DNA of 64,000 nucleotides from Verrucomicrobiales bacterium. GTDB lineage: Bacteria; Verrucomicrobiota; Verrucomicrobiia; Limisphaerales; J093. Shown in pieces: positions 18,650-29,941 of the stretch (its first letter is position 1; each line of letters begins with the position of its first letter). The stretch lies in assembly GCA_037439785.1 (NCBI GenBank), contig JBBIVJ010000001.1:33114-97113 (forward strand). The letters run 5' to 3'. The position numbers were made by a program, and so were the translations under genes. The notes under the pieces are model-generated. The model ran no database searches, was not told the origin of the DNA, and saw only the letters and a program-made list of their open reading frames with translations.

Positions 18650-19765
18650 ATGAAACTGCTCGAGTTTCTCAGCCCCCCCACCCAGGCCGCCCGCCGGAGC
18701 GGCCCCGGGGACCGCATCGTCATGTCCAGCCGCGTGCGGCTGGCCCGCAACCTGGCCGGTCACCCCTTCCCCGGCTGGGCCAAGAAGAACGATCGTCTCC
18801 AGGTCTGCGAACGCATCCGGGAAGCCGTGGTGCGTCAGCCGCGGATGCGGGACGGGTTCGTGGTCGCCCTTGAGACCCTTTCCGCGCTGGACAAGCAAAT
18901 CCTGGTCGAGCGGCACCTGATCAGCCGCGAGCACGCCGCCAAGGGCCCGGGCAGCGCCCTGGCCCTGAGCCGGGACGAACAGCTCTGCGTCATGATCAAC
19001 GAGGAGGACCACCTCCGGATGCAGGCCCTGCTGCCCGGCTGCCAGTTGAAGGAGGCGTGGACGGCCATTGACGCGCTGGACACCGGCCTGGAGCAGGACC
19101 TGGATTACGCCTTTTCCCACACCCTGGGCTACCTCACCGCCTGCCCCACCAACGTGGGCACCGGCATCCGCGTCAGCGCCATGCTCCACCTGCCCGCCCT
19201 GGTGCTGGACGAGCAGATCACCCAGATCATCCAGGCGGTGAACAAGCTGGGGCTGGCCGTGCGCGGCCTTTACGGCGAAGGCACCGAGGCCCTGGGCAAC
19301 GTCTTCCAGGTCTCCAACCAGATGACCTTGGGCGAGTCCGAGTCCGAAATTGTGGAACGCCTGGCCAAGGTCGTCGCCCAGATCATCGAACACGAGGAAA
19401 ACGCCCGCGCCCGCCTGCTCGAAAAGCGCCCCAAGATGGTCTTCAACCACATCGGCCGCGCCTACGGCATCCTGGCCAACGCCCACAGCGTCTCCTCGAA
19501 GGAGGCCGTCAATCTCCTATCCCTGCTGCGGCTGGGGCTGGACCTGGGGCTGTTGCCCGACCTCCACCGCCCCCAGGTGGACGAATTGTTCATGCTCTCC
19601 CAGCCGGCTCACCTCCAGCTCCGCCACTCCGAGAAGCTCACCGCCGAGGAACGGGATGTCCTGCGCGCGGACATGTTGCGCGAAGCCCTGCGCGAGGTCC
19701 GCCGGCCGTTGGTGCCCCCCCCGCCGCCGCCCCCGCCGGCGGTGGACAAGCTGCCCCAACCGTAG
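18650..19765 (+). CDS. mcsB: protein arginine kinase McsB (ATP:guanido phosphotransferase family)
   Basis: RVRLARNLAGHPFP, INEEDHLRMQ and the CPTNVGTGIRVSAMLHLP guanido-kinase signature. ATG at 18650 (the track begins at TTG 18644). Confidence 0.9.
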   Translation: MKLLEFLSPPTQAARRSGPGDRIVMSSRVRLARNLAGHPFPGWAKKNDRLQVCERIREAVVRQPRMRDGFVVALETLSALDKQILVERHLISREHAAKGPGSALALSRDEQLCVMINEEDHLRMQALLPGCQLKEAWTAIDALDTGLEQDLDYAFSHTLGYLTACPTNVGTGIRVSAMLHLPALVLDEQITQIIQAVNKLGLAVRGLYGEGTEALGNVFQVSNQMTLGESESEIVERLAKVVAQIIEHEENARARLLEKRPKMVFNHIGRAYGILANAHSVSSKEAVNLLSLLRLGLDLGLLPDLHRPQVDELFMLSQPAHLQLRHSEKLTAEERDVLRADMLREALREVRRPLVPPPPPPPPAVDKLPQP

Positions 19766-19787
19766 CATGTTCCACCCGAGGTGACGT

Positions 19788-22274
<2,487 letters not shown>

Positions 22275-22352
22275 ACCGGCGGCCGGCGTTCCCGCCCGGA
22301 GCGAGCGGGCCGGGCGGTGGGTCGTTCCGCCTTCCTCCTCCCCCGGCGCCGG

Positions 22353-22991
22353 CTAACCCGCCGCGGGCGGGGGGTGGCGGGTCACGCTCCGCACCGGCAA
22401 CAGGCTTCCCGGTTCGGCAATCCAATCCACCGTGCTGGCCCGCGGCCGCCACAGCACCCGCTGGTCGGCCAGCACCCGCAGCACCACCCCTTCCACCGCC
22501 CCCCGCACCGTCTTGACCCGCGTGCCGGGCCGCAGCGGTTCGGCATCCCAGAGCCCCTCCACAATCTCGATCAACGCCGCCCGTTCCAGCGCACCGCCGA
22601 TGTAATCGCTGACCGCCGCCAGGATCGCCCGGCTCCGCGCCATGCCCAGCCCTGCCACCCACGGCTGCACCAACGCACGCCCCAGCGCCGCAAACGTGGC
22701 GGCATTTTCGAACAAAAACGGCCCCCGCTCCTGGCAGCTCCGCAGAAACACCAGCGCCGCCTCCAGCGTCTGCTCGCCCGCCCGTGTCAACGCCCACGCC
22801 AGCGCCACCTCCGCCTGCGTCTCCGGGTTTGGCCCGTGCTGGGCGCACTCCCGCGCGCAGGCCCGCCGGTTTTCCCGGACCACGCCGTCCCAGTCCCAGA
22901 CCCGGAGATGCGCCCCAAGGCAGGCCAGCAACGACGCCGGCCGGGGGCCCGACCCGGCGGAGGCAGGCGGCGACGGCGACCCCGGGTTCAT
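22353..22991 (-). CDS. hypothetical protein
   Basis: An internal ATG (MNPGS...) forms an ATGA overlap with the upstream hydrolase stop (22988-22991). No motif recognised. Confidence 0.5.
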   Translation of the reverse strand: MNPGSPSPPASAGSGPRPASLLACLGAHLRVWDWDGVVRENRRACARECAQHGPNPETQAEVALAWALTRAGEQTLEAALVFLRSCQERGPFLFENAATFAALGRALVQPWVAGLGMARSRAILAAVSDYIGGALERAALIEIVEGLWDAEPLRPGTRVKTVRGAVEGVVLRVLADQRVLWRPRASTVDWIAEPGSLLPVRSVTRHPPPAAG

Positions 22992-23890
22992 GGCCCCTCC
23001 CGCAGGAAGCCCCGACCCCGGAGCCAGCGCTGGCAATCTGCCGCCCGGGGGTGCGGCCGTTCAAACGGCGGGGGTGCTCCCAGTCCCAGCCCGTGCCGGC
23101 CGCGCTCGTAAATGTGCAGCTCGAACGGCACGCCCGCCGCCCGCAGGGCCGCCGCGGAGTACAGCGCGTTTTCCACCGGCACCGCCTCGTCCTCCCAGGT
23201 GTGCCACACAAAGCACGGCGGGGTGCGGGGGGTGAGCTGTCTCTCGTTGGACAGGGCCTCGATCAGCTCCGGGGCCGGATCGGGCCCCAGCAGGTTGCGC
23301 CTCGAACCCGCTTGGGTGAAGGCCCCCATCGTGATCACCAGATAGCACAGGATGCCCAGGTCCGGTCGTGAGCTGACGCGCTCGACCGGGTCCGCCGCAT
23401 CCGCGCGGCCGTCCTCGAAATGCGTCAGCAGCGTGGCCGCCAGATGGCCACCGGCCGAGCTGCCCATGATGCCGATCCGTTGGGGATCGCAGCCCCATTC
23501 TGCCGCCCGCGCCCGCACCAGGCGCACGGCGCGGGCCGCATCCTCGAGCATGGCGGGGTGTCGGTAACCGTGCGTGCCCGGGCGGTACTTCAGGACAAAG
23601 GCCGCGATGCCCTGCGGGTTGAGCCACAGCGCATAATCCCGGCCCTCATGGGCCGCCAGGCCCGCATAGCCGCCGCCGGGGCACACCCCCATCGCCGCGC
23701 CACTCCGCGCCGCCGCCTCGGGCAACCAGGGTGTCAACGTCGAACGGTCCGCCTCCCCCTGACCGCGCGCGCCGGGTGCCCCCTGCGGCCAGAGCAGGAT
23801 TGGCGACAAAGGTTCGGCACGACTCACCCCCGCAGCGACCAGCAAACCCCACACCCCGCGGGTCAGGTGCAACAACCAGGGCTTCGGCAT
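22988..23890 (-). CDS. alpha/beta hydrolase (esterase/lipase-like), secreted
   Basis: Signal peptide. Nucleophile elbow GSSAGGHLA. C-terminal HxYxxGxHG pattern (ELHIYERGRHGLG). Confidence 0.8.
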   Translation of the reverse strand: MPKPWLLHLTRGVWGLLVAAGVSRAEPLSPILLWPQGAPGARGQGEADRSTLTPWLPEAAARSGAAMGVCPGGGYAGLAAHEGRDYALWLNPQGIAAFVLKYRPGTHGYRHPAMLEDAARAVRLVRARAAEWGCDPQRIGIMGSSAGGHLAATLLTHFEDGRADAADPVERVSSRPDLGILCYLVITMGAFTQAGSRRNLLGPDPAPELIEALSNERQLTPRTPPCFVWHTWEDEAVPVENALYSAAALRAAGVPFELHIYERGRHGLGLGAPPPFERPHPRAADCQRWLRGRGFLREGP

Positions 23891-24044
23891 GGCCCCGGAC
23901 TTTCCGCCTACCCGCTCCGTCGGGCAAGTGCCGGCCCGTTCCTTTCAGGAGCAGGGAGGCGACGGCGCCACGGTTTCCGGGCCGGGCTCGGGCGGCAGCC
24001 CGGGGGTCTCTTCGGTTGCGCTCATGGCCGCGGGCAGGCGGGCT

Positions 24045-25673
24045 TCAGCGGTACAGCACCGGGTCGGTGCGCCAGTCGCGGTCCCGGTCGTGGCCGTACT
24101 CGGCCACGCGGGGGCGACGCTCGCGCAGGCGCACCGATTCGAGCCCGAGGAAGTGGCCTTGCGAGGCCGGGTGTTTGCCCACGCAGTCCAGGCGCAGGGT
24201 GTAGTCGCCGGGCTCGGGCCAGAAGTCCAGGAGGTGGAACTCGGTGTTGACGATGTTCGGGCTGTAGAAATCCAGCGGCGCGCCGAGCTTCACGCCGTTG
24301 AGGCTGGGCTGGTAGCGGCCGAAGTCGTAGCTCTGCGTGGCGTTGAGCAACAGACGCAGCGGCTCTTTTTTCTCGACCCGGAACCGGACCTCGATCCAGG
24401 CCCCTTCGGCCTGTGGGGGGCGGTAGAGCAGTTGCGGGCCGTCGTAGAGGTCCAGCGCTTGCGGCGCGGCCGGGCCGACCCCGTGGTGGGCGGGGTCGGC
24501 GAAGTCCCGCGCCCATGCGGTCACGCGCTCCAGGCTGGGCAGGCGGCGCGCGGCGACGGGCGGGACGGGCGGTTGGGGGGAGGGTTCGCCGGTCTGGTAC
24601 CAAAAGGCCACGCTGGCGTAATCGTCTTCCCGCTCGTTCCAGCTCATGCTTTTGCGGTCGGGGTTTTCGTCGGGCGAAATCCAGCCCCAATGCTCAAAGG
24701 TCACCTTGATGCCGGTGTTGAAGACGATCGGATCGGCCAGGTGCCAGCGGTAGGCGCTGGTGTGTCCGCCCACGATGCCCCACTGGTCGAAGTACGGCAC
24801 GCCGAAGTACGGCGTGCCGGTCCGCTTCAGCCCCCAGGCGGACAGGAAGTAGTCCTCGGTGCCGGTGCCCCAGATCGAAGGCTCCGCCTCGCCGTCCACG
24901 TAAATCTTCTCGTCGCCCTCGCCGAACCACGCCGGGCTACGGGTGCGCACCGCCAGCACCGTGCCCACGTAATGACCCTTGCCGCGCGTCTGCAGCACCA
25001 CGTAGTCCTGGCCGGCCCGCACCGGGTACTCCTGCCGGTAGCGAGCGTGGAAGTAGGGTGTGTCCGGAGGCACGGGCTTCTCGATCCAGTCAATGTTGTA
25101 GTACAGCAGGCTCAGCGGCCGGGCGCTCTGGTTGACGATCTCGATGCGGGCCGACTCCCGGAACGGCATCGGCCAAAAACAATTGTAGGAATCGGCGTCC
25201 TCGACCACCACCGGCAGGCTGACCACCTCGCTGCGCCGGCCGAAGCAGTTAGCAAAGAAGTCGCCCACCGGCGCCTCAACCGCCGGCTCGGGGCGCCCGT
25301 CCCAAAACATCCGCAGCAACAGCTCCTGGTGGTTGGCCGAACCCTGCGGCGCCCAGGCCTGCGGCTCGGACCCGAGGAAGGTCAGCCAGAGATGGGTAAT
25401 GACGCCCGGCCCGCGCGCGTCCATCAGCACGTGGGTTTCGCCGGGCGGGACGCGGAAGTTGTCCCAGTTGCTGGCCTCGTCGTGGTCACCGCGTGGCGGG
25501 GCCTGGGGGCGAAGCACGCGCTCGGTGCCGCCGCGGCGGACCTCCCCCTGGCGCATGGTCGAGGTCACGCGTCGGGACCGGCCTTCCCGGGGGCGGACCA
25601 GGTCATCCAGCAAACCGGCCCGGGCAGCCCCACCCGCCAGCGCCAGCATCAACAAACAGGGGAACCATTTCAT
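24045..25673 (-). CDS. DUF2961-family protein (glycoside hydrolase family 172-like), secreted
   Basis: An internal ATG (Met80, MKWFPCLLMLALAGGAARA). Conserved stretches THLW, YNCFWPMPF, YFHARYR, GTGTEDYF. Confidence 0.8.
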   Translation of the reverse strand: MKWFPCLLMLALAGGAARAGLLDDLVRPREGRSRRVTSTMRQGEVRRGGTERVLRPQAPPRGDHDEASNWDNFRVPPGETHVLMDARGPGVITHLWLTFLGSEPQAWAPQGSANHQELLLRMFWDGRPEPAVEAPVGDFFANCFGRRSEVVSLPVVVEDADSYNCFWPMPFRESARIEIVNQSARPLSLLYYNIDWIEKPVPPDTPYFHARYRQEYPVRAGQDYVVLQTRGKGHYVGTVLAVRTRSPAWFGEGDEKIYVDGEAEPSIWGTGTEDYFLSAWGLKRTGTPYFGVPYFDQWGIVGGHTSAYRWHLADPIVFNTGIKVTFEHWGWISPDENPDRKSMSWNEREDDYASVAFWYQTGEPSPQPPVPPVAARRLPSLERVTAWARDFADPAHHGVGPAAPQALDLYDGPQLLYRPPQAEGAWIEVRFRVEKKEPLRLLLNATQSYDFGRYQPSLNGVKLGAPLDFYSPNIVNTEFHLLDFWPEPGDYTLRLDCVGKHPASQGHFLGLESVRLRERRPRVAEYGHDRDRDWRTDPVLYR

Positions 25674-25720
25674 GGCCCGCACCTTGCCCCTGCTCGCGCA
25701 CAACCGGCAATGGCAAACCT

Positions 25721-25899
25721 GCCGGCCCCGCCTCAAAGCGCCAGGGGACGGGCGCCTGTCTGCGTGCGCCACACCGGCAGGCACTCCACAAACTGGCGCA
25801 CCTGCGGGCCGTCCCTCCCGCGCCGCAGCGTCTTGGAGTGCGGCAGTCTTCTGCCGCTTTCGGCACGGAAGCCCATCGCCAAGACGCCAAGACCCCACG
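25721..25899. repeat. GC-rich interspersed repeat, copy A
   Basis: Aligns by hand with the reverse complement of 29531-29710. The 67-nt core (25721-25787) shows 3 mismatches and the remainder is looser. Contains the hairpin gcggcag-tctt-ctgccgc (25840-25857). Confidence 0.7.
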
Positions 25900-26132
25900 A
25901 CCCCAAGCACGTGGGCCAGCCGGGGACCGCCTTTCCAAGCGCCAGCGTCTCGTAAGAGGCACGGCCGCCGCAGACGCAGCCGGCGAACGTGGCGCAGGCT
26001 GATGGCTGGCCCGGTTCCCCCAGGGACCGTGTGGACGCGGTCCCTCCCCGACGCGGTCCTTCCCCCTGGGGTGGTGGCAGGGTCGGCGTCCTCACCGACC
26101 CTGTCTGCCCGCGCGCCGGCCCAAGCGCCGCG

Positions 26133-26408
26133 TTATTTCACCTCGCGCACGGCATTCTCGGTGCCGAACGGACTGGGCACCCGCAGCGTGCACTCGGGGT
26201 CGTCCCGCCATTCGCCGTCCACCAGGAAGCGGTAGTGGTAGGTACCGGGCGGGAGCGAGACCTGTACCTTCCACAGGCCGCCGCCAATCGGCTTCATGGC
26301 AATGGGCCGTTCCTGCCAGTGGGTAAAATCGCCCACCAGCGCCACGTGGTTGGCGCCGGGAGCGCGCAGGGTGAACTCCTGGGGGACAAGTTTCTCGGTC
26401 TTGCTCAT
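26133..26408 (-). CDS. glycogen-binding domain protein (AMPK-beta/CBM48-like E-set)
   Basis: An internal ATG (Met204) gives 91 aa: FTLRAPGANHVALVGDFTHWQ ... PGTYHYRFLVDGEWRDDP. Confidence 0.75.
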   Translation of the reverse strand: MSKTEKLVPQEFTLRAPGANHVALVGDFTHWQERPIAMKPIGGGLWKVQVSLPPGTYHYRFLVDGEWRDDPECTLRVPSPFGTENAVREVK

Positions 26409-26527
26409 GGTGGCCTCCGTGGGTGGCGATGGTTTTACGCTGACCTGGTCTGAGCAAAGGTAATCACCCCGGCCCGCCTTGCCAAACGGCAAAATTCCGC
26501 CTGCCGCCCGGCGGCTCCGGCGAAACG

Positions 26528-27091
26528 TCACGGCTTTCCGGACGCGGCCGGGTTGGTGGCGTCCGCCAGCCAGCGGTCCAGCCGCGCGCGCAGCTCCCCG
26601 GCCGCCGGCGCGCCGGCCATCGCGGCCTCGACGCGGCCGTGGCGCACGAACAGCAGCGTGGGCACGGCGCTGACCCGATACTGCTCGGCCAGCCGGCGGG
26701 CGCGGTCCACGTCCACCTTCACCACCTTCAGCCGGCCGGCGTACTCGGTCGCCACCCCGGCCAGCACGGGGGCCAGGCGTTTGCAAGGGCCGCACCAAGT
26801 GGCGTAAAAATCCACCACCACGGGCAGGTCGGCGCGGAGCACCGCGGCCTCGAAATCCGCTTCCCCGATCGGCTGCACCGGGCCATCCGTGCGGCGCAGT
26901 TCGCGGCCGCCGGCCAGGTCCCGCGCGGTGCTGAAGTAAAAGAGCCCGCCCAGCAGGCCGCCAAACAGGGCGCCGCGCCACCAGGTCGCCGTCAACGGAC
27001 AGGCGCCCGAACTGCACTGGCCCAGCCAGCCCAGGGCCGCGCCCAGGCCGGCCCCCACCCCCACGCTCAACAACAAGGTCAACATGGCCAC
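26528..27091 (-). CDS. membrane-anchored thioredoxin
   Basis: WCGPC active site within a thioredoxin fold (VVVDFYATWCGPCKRLAP ... VPTLLF). N-terminal hydrophobic segment with an extra C-x4-C (GQCSSGACP). GTG at 27091 or ATG at 27085. Confidence 0.85.
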   Translation of the reverse strand: MAMLTLLLSVGVGAGLGAALGWLGQCSSGACPLTATWWRGALFGGLLGGLFYFSTARDLAGGRELRRTDGPVQPIGEADFEAAVLRADLPVVVDFYATWCGPCKRLAPVLAGVATEYAGRLKVVKVDVDRARRLAEQYRVSAVPTLLFVRHGRVEAAMAGAPAAGELRARLDRWLADATNPAASGKP

Positions 27092-27266
27092 AATACGATT
27101 CTTATCCGGCGCGGGCGCGGGCCGCAGGGCCCGTCTTGGAACACCCTTGGCAGGGTTTCTCCCCGTGCCCCGCCGCCTCGCGCGCTTTCCGAAGATGAGC
27201 CGCCAGGGCGGCAGGAGTTACAGTTTAGCCCGGCTCCGCTCCGGTTTTTGCGACTCCGCCCGGCGC

Positions 27267-28001
27267 TCAGCGGGGCACCTCGGTGATGGCCCGCAGCCGC
27301 CGCTCGAATTCAAGGCGGTACGCCTCCCGGCCGGCAGCCTCCACCGCGTGTGGCACGGCGAGCGGTTCACCAAAACGGACCCGGCAGGTCGCAAACGGCA
27401 GCGGGACCAGGAACCCGTCCCAGCTCCTCAGCCGCCGGCATCGGCTCAGGTCGTAGCTGACCGGGATCAGCGGCCGGCCGCACAACGCCGCCAGGTCCAC
27501 GGCGCCCGGCTGCACCTGGTAGCGCGGGCCGCGCGGGCCATCCGGGGTGATGGCCAGGTCGTAGCCGCGTTCGGCCCAGGAGGTCATTTCCAGCAGGGCC
27601 TGGGCGCCGCGCCGGCTGCTGGAGCCGCGCACCGGCTGTACGTCAAACAGCGTCAACACCCGCGCCAGCAGCCCGCCGTCGCGGCTGGCGCTGACCATCG
27701 CCGCCAGGCGGCGGGGCGGGTGGTGCTTTTGGATGAAGCGGGGATACAAGCGCAGGCTCAAGGCCAGGCGGTTGTGCCACACGGCAAAGATGGCCGGCCC
27801 GCGCTGCATGGCGTCCCACGCCGCCGGCGCTGTTTCCAGCTCGTACAGGAGCGTGGTGTCCAGGGTGTGGATGGCGAGCCAGACCGCGCGCGCGGCCAGG
27901 CGGGCCAGGGGCGTGGCCTGATGCGGCACCACCACCCCGGAGCGGCGACGCGGACGCGGCGGGGCGTCGCCGGAGGCGGGTGAGGCGGCGGGCATCGGCA
28001 T
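27267..28001 (-). CDS. DUF374/lysophospholipid acyltransferase-family protein
   Basis: FAVWHNRL, SASRDGGLLARVL, AITPDGPRGPRY pattern. Its ATG shares one nucleotide with the ruvA stop. Confidence 0.75.
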   Translation of the reverse strand: MPMPAASPASGDAPPRPRRRSGVVVPHQATPLARLAARAVWLAIHTLDTTLLYELETAPAAWDAMQRGPAIFAVWHNRLALSLRLYPRFIQKHHPPRRLAAMVSASRDGGLLARVLTLFDVQPVRGSSSRRGAQALLEMTSWAERGYDLAITPDGPRGPRYQVQPGAVDLAALCGRPLIPVSYDLSRCRRLRSWDGFLVPLPFATCRVRFGEPLAVPHAVEAAGREAYRLEFERRLRAITEVPR

Positions 28002-28600
28002 CAGCGCTTGAGGGCGGCGCGGACCAGTTCCTCGACGGTGGCCCGGGGGCCGAGCAGGGCCTGGGCGGCGCGGACGGCCTCGTGGGCCTCGGGCGGTTTG
28101 AAGTCCAGGGCGATGAGCGCCAGCACGGCGTCGTTCACGCGCTGGTCGGCTTCGGACACGCCGCGCTGTTCGCTGCGCGCCTCCCAGGCGCCGGCGGGGC
28201 CGAACTTGTCGCGCAATTCCACCACCAGCCGCTCGGCGGTCTTGCGGCCGACGCCGGAGATGCGGGCAAGGGCCTTCACATCCCCGGCGGCCACCGCCCC
28301 GCGAAACGCGGCGGGCGACATGCCGCTGAGGATGTTCAACGCCAGCTTGGGGCCGATGCCGCTGACGTGCTGGATCAGCAGCCGGAACAGGTCACGCTCG
28401 GCGGCGGTGGCGAAGCCGTAAAGCAGGTGGGCATCCTCGCGCACGGCCAGATGGGTGAGCAGGCGCACCGGCTGGCCCGGCGCGGGCAGCTTGTCAAAGG
28501 AGGACAACGGGATGAACACCTCGTAGCCGACGCCGTGGACCTCAATCACCACGTGGGTGGGGAGGGCTTCGACCAGCCGGCCTTCCAGAAACGCGATCAT
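28001..28600 (-). CDS. ruvA: Holliday junction DNA helicase subunit RuvA
   Basis: An internal ATG (MIAFLEGRLVE...) gives 199 aa. Helix-hairpin-helix motifs (VSGIGPKLALNIL, ISGVGRKTAERLV). Confidence 0.9.
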   Translation of the reverse strand: MIAFLEGRLVEALPTHVVIEVHGVGYEVFIPLSSFDKLPAPGQPVRLLTHLAVREDAHLLYGFATAAERDLFRLLIQHVSGIGPKLALNILSGMSPAAFRGAVAAGDVKALARISGVGRKTAERLVVELRDKFGPAGAWEARSEQRGVSEADQRVNDAVLALIALDFKPPEAHEAVRAAQALLGPRATVEELVRAALKR

Positions 28601-28601
28601 G

Positions 28602-29204
28602 TCAGAGGCGGGGGAGGGGATTGAGGGCGTGGCGGCGCTGCTCCTGGGCAAAAGTCAGCGCCAGCGCCAGGGCATCGGCCGCGTCCGGCGGCGGGGCTTC
28701 CGCCAGGCCGAGGAGGCGTTGGACCATGCGGGCGACGGCGGGCTTGCCGGCGGCCCCGTAGCCGACGATGGCCTGTTTGACGCGGCGCGGCGCCAGTTCA
28801 TACACCTCGAGGCCCGCCTCGGCCACCGCCACCAGGCTGGCGCCGCGGGCTTCACCCAGGATCAGGGCGGTCTGGTAGTTCTGGGCGTGAAAGAGGCTTT
28901 CCAGGACGCAGACGGTGGGGTGGCTGCGCCGGAGGATGGCCCGCACCTCCTCGGCGATATGGCACAGACAACGCGTCCGCGCCCACGAGGCCGGACAGCG
29001 CACCACCGCGTGCTCGATGGCGGTGCAGCCGTTCCGGCCGGCCCGGAGCACGCCCAGGCCCGTGCCGCGCAGGGAGGGGTCAATGCCCAGGATGACCTCG
29101 TGCCGGGGGGCGGCGAGGGCGGGGGCGGCCGTCGCCGCCTGCGGACGCCGCGGTTGTTCCAGCCGTTGGCGGAGCTGTTCAAACTGCCGGGGCGAGAGGC
29201 CCAT
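28602..29204 (-). CDS. ruvC: crossover junction endodeoxyribonuclease RuvC
   Basis: ILGIDPSLRGTGLGVL and VKQAIVGYGAAGKPAVARMVQRLL are RuvC patterns. There is a ~35-aa N-terminal extension. The stop lies 1 nt before the ruvA ATG. Confidence 0.9.
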   Translation of the reverse strand: MGLSPRQFEQLRQRLEQPRRPQAATAAPALAAPRHEVILGIDPSLRGTGLGVLRAGRNGCTAIEHAVVRCPASWARTRCLCHIAEEVRAILRRSHPTVCVLESLFHAQNYQTALILGEARGASLVAVAEAGLEVYELAPRRVKQAIVGYGAAGKPAVARMVQRLLGLAEAPPPDAADALALALTFAQEQRRHALNPLPRL

Positions 29205-29530
29205 GCCGGGACTGTTGCAGGCAGGCCGGTCAGTGTCGAGCCGCCATCCGAACGGCCACCGGCTCCGGCCCGCAACCTGGTAGGGCCGGGCACGGGAAGG
29301 GGGGAGAGGTTAGAAGGTAAAGGGCTGAGAGGCGAAAGGAGAAGCTGGGAGCGTCCCCACGCCGGATGCGGAACGCGGGAACGGATCGAGCCTCGAGGAG
29401 TGCGCCTCGAACATTGCGAAATGAACCGCGGAGCGGCTCTTGGTTTTCTCCGGGTCGAGAGCGGCGGAGGACTGCCCCGCTCCGGGACACTGGAGCGCGG
29501 AAGGACAGCGCCAAGCTGTTGGCCTCACTT

Positions 29531-29710
29531 CCTGGTGTCTTGGTGTCTTGGCGGTGAATCTCCCCGGTCGAAAGCGGCCGAGGGCTGCCGCACTCCCGGA
29601 CACTCCGCGCGGCAGGGCCGCCCCGCCCGGTGCGCCAGCCTGGGGAGTGCCTGCCGGTGCGGGGCACGCAGACAGGCGCCCGTCCCCTGGCGCTTTGAGG
29701 CGGCGCCGGC
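29531..29710. repeat. GC-rich interspersed repeat, copy B (inverted relative to copy A)
   Basis: The reverse complement aligns with 25721-25899. The 67-nt core is 29644-29710. It is embedded in a 737-bp gene-free spacer with further hairpins. Confidence 0.7.
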
Positions 29711-29941
29711 CGCTTCGGATTTCGGGTTTCGGGTTTGCCCAGCCGGCCGATCCTGACCACGAGCACCTTTCGCCGATTGGCAATCGGCGATACGCCAGGC
29801 TGGAAGCCTGCGCTACACCGCCAGCCGGCGAGCCGGCGGAGCGGCGATTTGCCGCGTCAGCGCGGCGGCGACGGGCTTCAGGTATCCGGCATCTGTGACA
29901 GCGGGCGGCGCGCCGTGTGCTTTCGGTTCGGCGGGTCCTGT

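Noticed and set aside
25721-29710. Inverted repeats interpreted as the ends of a composite transposon or genomic island
   Set aside because: There is no transposase, integrase or recombinase between or beside them. The cargo is housekeeping (ruvA, ruvC, thioredoxin), and no target-site duplication is evident. It is kept only as a possible inversion or REP-like element under findings.
29230-29941. Overlapping track ORFs of 152-278 aa in the ruvC upstream spacer
   Set aside because: They overlap each other on both strands and translate the repeat elements into Arg/Pro/Gly strings also seen at the other repeat copy. They have no plausible starts or ribosome-binding sites.
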